Of a stretch of 32,410 nucleotides of DNA, positions 9,524 to 19,182 are shown in pieces (positions within the stretch are counted from its first letter, which is position 1; each line of letters opens with the position of its first letter). The position numbers and the translations under genes were made by a program. The DNA is from Trypethelium eluteriae (lineage: Eukaryota): the NCBI GenBank assembly GCA_051942245.1, contig JAVECL010000260.1, positions 1-32,410 of the forward strand, written 5' to 3'. The notes under the pieces are model-generated. The model made no database searches, was not told the DNA's origin, and saw nothing but the letters and a program-made list of their open reading frames with translations.

Positions 9524-12148
9524 ATGGCCTTCCAGGCCCCAGTCAACCTCCAGGTTCTTACCCAACACTCCATATTGAAATTACAACTTTCTTCTAATAC
9601 ACTATTATCTAGGCGATCGCATCGGCGACTACGGAAATATGGCCTTCGATATCCTCTGTTCTCTCTAATCCCTGGCGGACGTTAAGGCGCGACGTGTCTG
9701 CTATCCGGGAAAAACCAACAGTAACTTCAAGAACGTTCTCCACGACAACGAGTAGACCAGTTCAAGATGTGGGTATAACTTCTCTGTCCAAAAAAGGCAG
9801 GCGCTGACTTGTCCAGGCAACCCCTGCATCAGTACCAGAATTTTTAGCAAATGTGAACCTGGCCTCATTGAGACAGTCATCAGTATCGCAAGGAGGTCTG
9901 GGGAGCCACAGTGTATCGAGCATAGTTCGCGCTGGTTCGTGCAACTTTTTGAAGAGTTTGAATGCCTGCGCTAATTGTTACAGTTCCTCAAAATGGTCTC
10001 AATCGTTGTAATCCGCTTGCAAGCTCTCTTCCTTCATTGCCTAGACCATACTTCCGCCAGTATTCGACAGCTCTACATACAGGGTCAGTGAGATGGCATG
10101 CTCCAGCGCGGACGCTCGGTGTCGGATTGCTGCAGCACCGGACCCTCCTCGGCGGCAATACCTCGCGAAACCTCCTGGCTCATCTGGAACAAACCGCTAA
10201 TAATAACCCTCAAAGCGCTACTGCTCAGAACGCCTTCTATTCAGCTCTTCTCCGGGCTAATATGCCTGAGATTATTGTCGAAAGATATCAGACTGGACGA
10301 TACGCTTCGAATGCGGCGTGCGAGCAAATGTATATTCGTGCGCTTGAGCGGACTGGATCTGGTGGATCGGGAATTCTAACTTCGCAGCTAGCTTCATCTG
10401 GAGCAGGGGCAAGAGATTTGTCGGGCGATCAACTATCCGCGGTTGCGCAAGCGGCGGCTGCTCGAGCCCGTGGAGGCAACGTGGGCAGTGTCCGGGGTGG
10501 CTCTGGTGATAAAAGCTCTCCTCTCTACGTTGTCGTTGACGAATCTATTGGCAATTCGGTTTTCAAATGGGTCAAGTTTCTGCTCTGGTTTGCTCTCCTC
10601 ACATACCTTTCCCTCGTTGCGATCACCGTCTTTGTGGAAGCTACTAGTGTGGTCAAGAAGATTGGTGGTTCGCAAAACGCCGAGGCTCGACCAGAGTTAC
10701 AAAATACCCGCTTCAGCGATGTCCATGGCTGTGATGAGGCCAAAGATGAGCTTCAAGAGCTCGTCGAATTCCTCAAAGCACCCGACAAATTCAATAACCT
10801 TGGCGGAAAGTTACCAAAAGGAGTGCTCCTTGTGGGGCCCCCGGGAACTGGCAAGACGCTTCTTGCTCGAGCAGTGGCAGGGGAAGCTGGAGTGCCGTTC
10901 TTCTACATGTCTGGGTCTGAGTTCGACGAAGTCTACGTGGGCGTTGGTGCGAAACGCGTCCGTGACCTATTTAACTCCGCAAAGGCCAAAGCTCCTGCCA
11001 TTGTGTTCATTGATGAGCTGGACGCGGTTGGCGGTAAGCGCAATGAGCGAGATGCTGCCTATTCTAAGCAAACCTTGAACCAACTTTTGACGGACCTCGA
11101 TGGGTTCGATCAAAACTCCGGCGTCGTCTTTTTGGCTGCTACGAACTTCCCCAAATTGCTCGACAAAGCCTTGACTCGGCCAGGACGTTTTGACCGCAAC
11201 ATCGTGGTTCCCTTACCCGACGTTCGTGGCCGCGCTGCCATTCTCAGCCACCATATGCGCAACGTTCAAATTGGTACTGATGTCGACGCCACGATCATTG
11301 CTCGAAATACTCCCGGCTTCTCTGGGGCGGATCTAGAAAATGTCGTCAACCAGGCTGCCGTTCGTGCAAGCAAAAACAAAGCAAAGAAGGTTCATATGAT
11401 TGATTTTGACTGGGCGCGAGAAAGAATCATGATGGGAGCGGAGCGCAAGAGTGCTGTCATTCAGCAGAAAGATAAGGTCGCAACCGCGTACCACGAAGGC
11501 GGTCATGCCCTTGTCTCTATCTTCAATCCTGAATGCGACCCGCTCTACAAGGTGACTATCTTACCGCGTGGTCAGGCCCTAGGCATTACTTCCTCCTTAC
11601 CTGAGCTTGACCGGGTCTCAATGGCCAAGAAGCAATTCATCGCCATGATCGACATGGCGATGGGTGGTAAAGTTGCTGAAGAGATTATTTATGGTCCGGA
11701 TGCCGTAACAAGTGGCTGTTCATCGGATCTCCAGAATGCAACAGGCGTTGCCTACGCCATGGTTACCCAGTATGGCATGTCGGACGGACTGGGCAACGTA
11801 GACCTTCACAGCGAGTACCGCTATTTATCTTCAGAGACGAAGCAACGGATCGAGAACGAAGTACGAAGTATCATTGAAGACAGCCGCGAGCGAGTGACGA
11901 AGCTACTCACTTTGAAGAGGAGGGAACTCGAACTCCTCGCTAAAGCGCTCGTCGAGTACGAGACTTTGGACAAGTCTGAAGTGGAGAAGATTCTGAAGGG
12001 GGAGAAGCTGCCGAACAAAGTGGGCGAGTCGCCTCAGGAGCCATCAGGAATCAAGCTGCCTGATAGTCTGCTCCCACCGCCAGTACAGCCACCGGTAGTG
12101 TCTCCAGGATCAGCAGGTTTAGGTGGCAATTCGGCCAGCGGAACATAA
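9524..12148 (+). CDS. YME1: Mitochondrial inner-membrane i-AAA protease (FtsH/peptidase M41 family), ~822 aa; exons 9524-9553, 9613-9768, 9817-9934, 9984-12148
   Basis: Walker A GPPGTGKT, Walker B IVFIDE, SRH region ALTRPGRFD, Zn motif HEGGH, and a single TM segment ([20 protein letters not shown]). Three short introns with branch sites splice in frame to [10 protein letters not shown]. The ORF-track start at 9962 lies inside intron 3. Confidence 0.95.
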
Positions 12149-13238
12149 TCTCCACGCCACGCTGAGAATTGACAGAACAGATTCAAGTTTTTCGGTCATT
12201 AAAGGTGGTATCCTTTCTTCGCTTTCGGAGCATGTCGCCTCTACAGGACTTCTATCCTGCAGATTTCTTTTGTATTGAAACGGTCAAGCGGAGGCAATTT
12301 ATCGTCTCGTCGTTACTGGCGTCACCCATGGAGTTAAGTAGTCATCCAAGGTCGTGACTGCCTAAGTCTCTCGTCAAACAGAGTTTGTAGTAATAGAGTA
12401 GTAAAATTCTTCCGAGAAGCCTAAAATCCAAGCTTCTGTCAAAATGACGCTCGACCGTCCAATCCCTTCTGATCCTGTGACTATTTCTCCGCATAGTCGT
12501 GTAAATGGTTTTTGTGGCGATGGATCGGCAGAGGCAAACACCGCAAAGACCAGGGGCAAAGGTCTCCCGCTCCCGCTGATTCGTTTCGAACTCTCGCTTC
12601 GCCGTTTCATCTCCATCCCTGACGCAGAGCCATCGCGTCCTGAGAGGCGGCCACGGTGGCCACCTTCCCGCGCGGGTTCCTGTTCCTGTGCCTGCATCAG
12701 ATCAGGTCGACAATCTGGCTTTGCCCAGAAAGGCTGAGGCACCGGCCTCCTGTTCCACCCCGCAGAGCAGAGGGACCAACCGCGCGCCTTCGTGTCGATA
12801 GGTAGAGAGAACAAGCTCTCTGCGGTGAGATGCGGTTGGCTCACATGAGACCGGCTAAGCTGATCGATAGCGCCGGCTGTACATGTTGGAGGCTCGTGTT
12901 TGGTAGGAGCAGATGTGGGTGCGGAGCTTCCTGGTTGATTGGGAAGGTGTCGCATCCACTAACCATAGTTTTTGTAACCTCACCACCTGCACCGCTGATC
13001 GTGCATAGGTAGTCACCGTACATCTTCACGGGGTACACCCTCTTTGTCTATATTCACCCACTTCGCTCTCTACCGTGTACATTTGTGCTTTCTCACTCAC
13101 AACTACGTTCCTTCGATCACAATTTACTTCGCTTCTTTCCACAATTATGATTCTTGGTCTGTGACTACCTAGTACTTTGTGCAGCGACGTTTCTATAAAG
13201 TCTGTCTCTGCAATTCAACTGAAAATCCGACCACTACA

Positions 13239-14799
13239 ATGCTTCCCACGGTCTCTACACTTTTGCTAGTCGTTGTAGCGGGCGTGCAACGTGCTGCTAG
13301 CATCTCACTGAACACCAGCGATGACGGTTTGCCATTCCCAGCCCATGGTAGAGTCTTGTTCAGTCGAGCTGATTAAACAATTCAGTGTCTATACGCCAAG
13401 CCGCGGCCACCGCAGCAAAAGGAATGCTTTCGTACTATACAAATACCGGTGGCAGTGTTGGGGGTCAACTTGGTTTACTCAATTCGCCCTATTACTGGTG
13501 GGAATCAGGAGCCATGTGGGGAGCTATGCTGGATTATTGGAAATACACAGTACGTTAGCTGGAAGTCATTTCCGAAGAAGCCAGGACGACGATTGACAAG
13601 CTGTTCAGGGCGACACAACATATCAGAACGAAACCCTGACAGCCATAACTGCTCAATTGGGTCCCGCCAATGACTTCATCCTCCAAGACCAGATCTTCGA
13701 CACTGGTAACGACGATCAAGCATTTTGGGGCGTTACTGCTATGACCGCCGCCGAATACGGCTTTCCCGACCCTCCTGCTCCCCTTCCCACCTGGGCGCAA
13801 GTCGCCTCTAATGTCTTCAATGGTCTAGCGTCCCGCTGGAATACGACATATTGCGAAGGCGGTTTGCTCTGGCAGATCTACGCTTCCAACGTCAACGGTC
13901 AAAATTACAAGAACTCCATCTCGAATGGTGGCCTCTTCCAGCTCGGTGCCCGCCTAGCGCGGTACACCGGCAACACGACATACAGCGAGTGGGCGGAGAA
14001 AGCCTGGGACTGGACCGCAGCAGTCGGCCTTATCGATCCGGCTAGCTACGCTGTCTACGACGGCACCGATTCTTCCCAGAATTGTACCTCCGTCGATCAC
14101 GACCAGTGGTCCTACAACGTCGGCATGTTCATCTACGGCGCCGCGACCATGTATAACATCTCCGGAACGGCCGCCGCTCCTTCGGCTTCCGTTGCTACCT
14201 GGCAGACCCGGCTTGAGGGACTCGTGAATGGGACCTCGGTCTTCGTGTCTCCGTTCTCGAATGCCACGAACGTAATGTTCGAGGTTGCGTGCGAGAAAGA
14301 GGGGACTTGTAACACCGATCAATTTTCATTCAAGGGCTTCCTCGCACGCTGGCTCTCCCAATCCAGCGTGTTCGCCCCTCAAATTTCCGACACTATTGCG
14401 CCATGGTTGCAAACCTCTGCGCAGGCGGCAGCGCAATCGTGTACGGGGCTTGGAAACTCAAGTTGTGGAACCAAATGGTGGGTGGAAGGATTCGATGGAG
14501 TGACGGGTGCAGGGCAGCAGATGAGCGCGTTGGAGGTGATCGATAGCTTGCTTGTGGGTAGTGGGGATGTGCCCTTGAAAGGTGGGGCGGCGCCATCATC
14601 CTCCTCGTCCTCATCTTCTGTGGACACATCGACTCTGGTGACTTGGACGACGGTCGTGCCAACGAGCAGTTCGTCCGCTGGCGTATCAACGACAGCCGTG
14701 ACGCCGGGGACAACGAGTTCAACCTCAACAGCTAATGCGAGTGTGATGGGTGGGCTAGCGAGCGCGATTGCTTCGATGGCGAGTCAAGGCAATTCCTAG
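13239..14799 (+). CDS. Glycoside hydrolase family 76 (Dfg5/Dcw1-like alpha-1,6-mannanase/transglycosidase), secreted, with Ser/Thr-rich tail, ~480 aa; exons 13239-13326, 13386-13549, 13609-14799
   Basis: Signal peptide MLPTVSTLLLVVVAGVQRAAS. Motifs YYWWESGAMWG, GNDDQAFWG (catalytic DD), CEGGLLWQI, YKNSISNGGLFQLGARLARYTGN and DQFSFKGFLARWL. Two introns splice in frame (1443 nt). Confidence 0.93.
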
Positions 14800-15234
14800 A
14801 GGGTTCATGCCAATACTTGACGAGTCCAGGAGACGAGGACCGGGCCGATTGAATATGCTTTTACGTGACATCGGATTGGGCATTCAACTGTGTATATTTA
14901 TCCTCATTGGGGAAAAACGGACTAGTACATTATTGTAGCATATATGAAACATACATCAATGACAAGGTTTACTCAGGACAAAGAACGGGAATTCGATCCA
15001 GAGTTTCTCTTTTCTACCCCGTGACCCGACCCAGGCCAAATCTTTGGGGATACACTATGTCTACAAGAATCCTCTATATGTATTCACTGAATACTCCAAC
15101 GAGTCCCTCTCCAACCCAGCCGCCGGCTCTGGCCTATGTCCAGCATTTTTCACCAGAAAGGCCATCAAACACCAAGGATGCAAGATCTACCACGCAACAC
15201 GATATGTAGAACCTCTTCCACCCCATTCTATGTC

Positions 15235-15274
15235 ATCATCACATCGCCGCATTACCACATTACTACATCACCAT
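15235..15274. repeat. Degenerate 8-bp tandem repeat x5 in the 3' flank of the C2-domain gene
   Basis: atcatcac atcgccgc attaccac attactac atcaccat. Confidence 0.5.
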
Positions 15275-15323
15275 ATTGTTTCTTCTCCGCGGTTGGTCAT
15301 CTCGTAGCCCCTTCCCTCTTTCT

Positions 15324-18089
15324 CTAGGCCCCAAATCGACCTCGCCTCACCCTACCTCCACTCCGTGTACCATTCGCTGGCCCGATATCAATGCTCCTCA
15401 TCTCCTCACTCAACGCCTGCATCTCTGCATCTCCCATCGGTGCTCCCATGCCCAGCTCTACAGTATCAGGGTAGGGCCCCAGCGGAACCTTCGCCGGCAC
15501 GGGCGGTGGCCCGCCAGCCCCTCGATACCCGCCCTGACCATGACTTTGCACCGCATCGAAATTCTCACGATACGCATGCTGTGGCTGATAAGAATAGGAA
15601 GGGTCGTAATTGAGAGCAGGATTGGGATCTGGAGGAGCACCACGGTTCGCGAGATCCGGAGCACCAGCTCCCAAAGGCCGGGACTTCTTCACCAATCGGT
15701 TCCTTCCTCCTCCTCCCGCTGCCGTTATGACTAGTGCTCCGGAATCTCTCTGCATCTGCATCATAGGGGCCGGGTTTGGATGCGAAACTGGCTGCATTTC
15801 TTCTCTACCTCCTGATGAAGGTGCATAAGAAGGCTGGCCATACGGTTTCGGCGCCCCCATCCCCACCCCCTTCATCGTCACTGGTATGCTCGTCCCCGCT
15901 CCTGCTGCCCCACCAACCTTCGTCCTCACGGTAATCATTGGCTGTGCACCCCGTGGGCCAACACGCCCAGCGCGTTCCTCGGCACCAATCTCGCTCGCTG
16001 CTTTGGGGCCTTTGCGTTCGGGTTCCGGCGCCCAAGAGTCAGCGGGCAGGTGGTCGGAGGGATCGACGACGGAGCCAGATGAGGTGATGATGGGTTCGCC
16101 GCTGCGGTGAGACTCAATCGGTGTGAAGCCCTTGCGAGAATTGATGGTAGAGACAGGGGATGGTGAGTGAGTTTGTTGAGTTGGGGCGTGAGACTCAGGA
16201 TAGTATATGGGAGAGCGACCTCCTGATTTGACGGCTGGATTGAAGGCGTCAAAGGAGTCCGGGGAGAAGGGTGTGCTGCCCCCTCCGAGACCCCCGCTTC
16301 CGGGAGGTGTAGGGTGAGGAGACACAGATTTGCGGGTTGGCGTGGAGTGAGAAGAGACTGGAGGTCTGGTTTGGCGTAGAGGTGCAGGGACTGGGGAAGG
16401 CTGAGAGGAGGGCGAAATAGGCCGGGGTTTGATGAGCGGGACGGAATGTGGACTGGAGTGTCGTTGGGTTGGTGAGGGAGCAGGCGGTGTTGACTCGACT
16501 GGAGCGTATTGTGGACGCTGATAGGTAAAGGGAGACGGCTGTGGAGAATCCTGGCTGACCATTTCCCGCGATATGTGTGTGGGCGTCGAATGCACCGAGC
16601 CCTGGGAAGGATGCGTTTGGGGCGAGCCTCGAAGTGAAGAAACTTGATTGCCATGCGGCGAATGCGCCAATGGCGAGCTTTGGGGACCGTTCTCAGCAAC
16701 GCTCATTCTATGGCGGTGTGCCGCATAAGCGCGCATATCCTGGGAGCTGTTGAGATTAGGGGTTGAGCGATAATTGCTCAAGGTGGGGGCGCTGTTCCTG
16801 TGCGCTGGTGGAGGTGGTGGCGATGGGTACTCATCTTCAACGGTCGGTTGCATGTTATGCATTTGCTGCGATCTCCTTTGATCTCTGGACCAGTCCGGAG
16901 GCTGTTCGTGTCCAAAGTCACCTCCAGCAAAGGGTTCGGCTGATGAATGCCTGACTTCGTGGTAGCCTTCCGATGCGGGTGCGACAGCAGGTGCAGAGTA
17001 TGAGTGTGGTAGAGGAGGCCCTCGGTGTCCATGGTATTCAGAATATCCGTGAGGTTGCTGTTGGTGATTCCAAGCCGGAGAATCTGACCACCCTTGCTCG
17101 CTTGCGTGGACACTTGCTGCATCGTCCGCATAATTCAGCGAGTAGGGAGATACTTCACGCTGCGTATGGTAGTCTTCATGCATATTTGACTCATATCCGT
17201 AGTCAGATCTATCTTCGTGATGGGCAGCGTATTCTGTTGGCGGTTCTGAAGGCTGGTAGTTGTCCGGCTGAAAACTCGCGGGTGATGACATGGGAGTCTC
17301 CCTGATAGCAAATCCGCTTGGCGAATTACTGGCCGGAAGTGGACGCTGATGTGGTGGAGTATGGTAGTTTCTTGGACCGAAAGAATGTTGTGGGGTTGCC
17401 GCACTTCGGTCTGGAGTGCTCATTGGAGAGGAATCATTTGGGCCTGCCGGCAATGGTCTCCTGCGTAAAGGCGGTTGTTGTCGTGGTCCTGCCATCGAGG
17501 GACTGCCCCCAGGACCCAAGCCCATGCCCATGTGTCCTTGCATACCCTCTGAAGCCTGCCGCTCAGAGGAAACGCGCGTATCATAGTATGTCAGTTCAAT
17601 CCGGATTTCGCCAGCGTATTTGCCCTTGCAATTTAGATTATGCCATTTGTCGCCCTTGCCACCACCAGAGACGACGACCTCTCCCAGGCTGACCCAAGTC
17701 TCACCAATGAGATCGGTCCGCTTGTCATTGTTAAAGACGGAAACTTTGAGACTGTAGTAATCCGGCGAATCATGAACGGTAAAGCGCAGTTCCTGGTCCC
17801 TGGAGCGTGAATCAGCATTTGTTACTGCTTTGAATGCAATTGAAGATGTATACCATTTCGGGGTTTGACCACCTCTGATGTCGGTTTCGGTCTTCTTGGC
17901 CTCCTTTCCCAGTCTTGCCGCACAATAAGGATCTTGTTTACCCATTGTCTTCCGATTCGGCAAATTCTTGGCTCTGTCGACCACCACGACCAGCGTCCCA
18001 ATTTCTTCTCCGTCCACTGTCATGTCGGAATAGATGCCTGCGACGTGGGGGCCACTCATAGGACCTTTGTTGAGAACTCTGCTCGCCAT
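15324..18089 (-). CDS. fic1: C2-domain cytokinesis/ingression protein (Inn1/Fic1-like), ~903 aa; exons 18089-17854, 17799-15324
   Basis: N-terminal C2 domain (GTLVVVVDRAKNLPNRKTMGKQDPYCAARLG…GGQTPKWDQELRF…GKYAGEIRIELTYY) followed by a long Pro/Ser/Gln-rich tail with PxxP motifs (RRRPLPAGP, PPPVPAKVP). Removing intron 17800-17853 restores PKWDQELRF. Confidence 0.85.
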   Translation of the reverse strand: MASRVLNKGPMSGPHVAGIYSDMTVDGEEIGTLVVVVDRAKNLPNRKTMGKQDPYCAARLGKEAKKTETDIRGGQTPKWYTSSIAFKAVTNADSRSRDQELRFTVHDSPDYYSLKVSVFNNDKRTDLIGETWVSLGEVVVSGGGKGDKWHNLNCKGKYAGEIRIELTYYDTRVSSERQASEGMQGHMGMGLGPGGSPSMAGPRQQPPLRRRPLPAGPNDSSPMSTPDRSAATPQHSFGPRNYHTPPHQRPLPASNSPSGFAIRETPMSSPASFQPDNYQPSEPPTEYAAHHEDRSDYGYESNMHEDYHTQREVSPYSLNYADDAASVHASEQGWSDSPAWNHQQQPHGYSEYHGHRGPPLPHSYSAPAVAPASEGYHEVRHSSAEPFAGGDFGHEQPPDWSRDQRRSQQMHNMQPTVEDEYPSPPPPPAHRNSAPTLSNYRSTPNLNSSQDMRAYAAHRHRMSVAENGPQSSPLAHSPHGNQVSSLRGSPQTHPSQGSVHSTPTHISREMVSQDSPQPSPFTYQRPQYAPVESTPPAPSPTQRHSSPHSVPLIKPRPISPSSQPSPVPAPLRQTRPPVSSHSTPTRKSVSPHPTPPGSGGLGGGSTPFSPDSFDAFNPAVKSGGRSPIYYPESHAPTQQTHSPSPVSTINSRKGFTPIESHRSGEPIITSSGSVVDPSDHLPADSWAPEPERKGPKAASEIGAEERAGRVGPRGAQPMITVRTKVGGAAGAGTSIPVTMKGVGMGAPKPYGQPSYAPSSGGREEMQPVSHPNPAPMMQMQRDSGALVITAAGGGGRNRLVKKSRPLGAGAPDLANRGAPPDPNPALNYDPSYSYQPQHAYRENFDAVQSHGQGGYRGAGGPPPVPAKVPLGPYPDTVELGMGAPMGDAEMQALSEEMRSIDIGPANGTRSGGRVRRGRFGA
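17800..17853 (-). other. 54-bp stop-free in-frame intron inside the C2 domain
   Basis: The minus strand reads GTATAC…GCTGAT-tcacgctc-CAG. Splicing yields TG|G GAC = Trp-Asp. Confidence 0.88.
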
Positions 18090-19182
18090 AGCTTCGGATT
18101 AGCAACTACTCGAGCTAATGATACACGACACTAGTACAAGCCGATTCTCTTGCGGAATTTGAGGGCAGAGTCGAGGGTAAAAGGTCAACCGAAGCTCGAG
18201 TGAATGGGCCGGTGAGTATATAAAGCTGAATGAAGGGATTCTGGGGCCGCGCAATCGAGTTGGAAGCTTATGTTGTCATAACGGGATAATGAGTGGTGAT
18301 CGGGCAATGCAAATTCAATTGATTCACGACCGAACCCGATAATTATTCAAAGTAAGGGAAAAGTCAAGGACTTGAGCTCCAACCGAGGGGAGCCGACATG
18401 GTGGAGACGTCAGAGTGTTGTGGGGTGGAAGCTTGTTTTGATAGTTGGTACAGCTGTTGATGGTGTGGCTGGTGAGCATTTGCATTTGGCCAAGGTGGCT
18501 GGGGCAAACGCGGAAACATGAACACCACCACGCCACCGAGACACGTCGATCACATGATGCAAGGTGGTTTTTTGTACGATCGCCCTACATGATGTCGTTG
18601 GATTGATCTTCACATCCAACAATGTTTCATTTCTTTCGTTTTCAGATAGTCTAGACGAGTCTTCAGCTGTGTACAGAGCTACAAAACTCTCCTCATTGCC
18701 TCTCCATGTGTAGACTCTCCTCTGTACCATACCTTAATTATTGAAACGAGCGGATGCCTTAGTGCATGATAATAATAATAAGCCGAACGGGGCTCAGCGG
18801 AAAGTCGCCGAACAAAACGTACCCCTGCGCTCATCCCTTAATACCGTTACCAGCTTTGGCTTCTGATCCACGCCGACCTACACCAGTGAATTTGCCCCTA
18901 TCTCTCTCCAGACACTCTTTTCTCCTCAGCACGCTCTTTTCGCTTGGTTTTGACAGCCGTCCAGTTCACGTGGTTTTCTCGATCTTTTGCAAGTTCCACT
19001 GTCTTTTTAAGCATCCCTCTAGAAACAAACTACTATCAGACGCTCGCGCTTCACTGGCACTAATCCAGTCTCCCTTCAAGTGCGACTCGTCGCTAAGATC
19101 GCATTTTTAATTCCTCTCTCCAAAAGGTGGCTCCACAGCAGGCGGCCGACCCAGCATCTGGCCGCAGGCCTCATCGCTCGAC

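Noticed and set aside
9962..9983. ORF-track start codon for YME1
   Set aside because: It lies within intron 9935-9983 (GTTCGT…GCTAAT…CAG). The upstream exons give a better start at 9524.
12374..12955. 193-aa minus-strand ORF between YME1 and GH76
   Set aside because: No protein-like features or splice structure that I can support. It is probably a chance ORF in promoter DNA, though I cannot fully exclude it.
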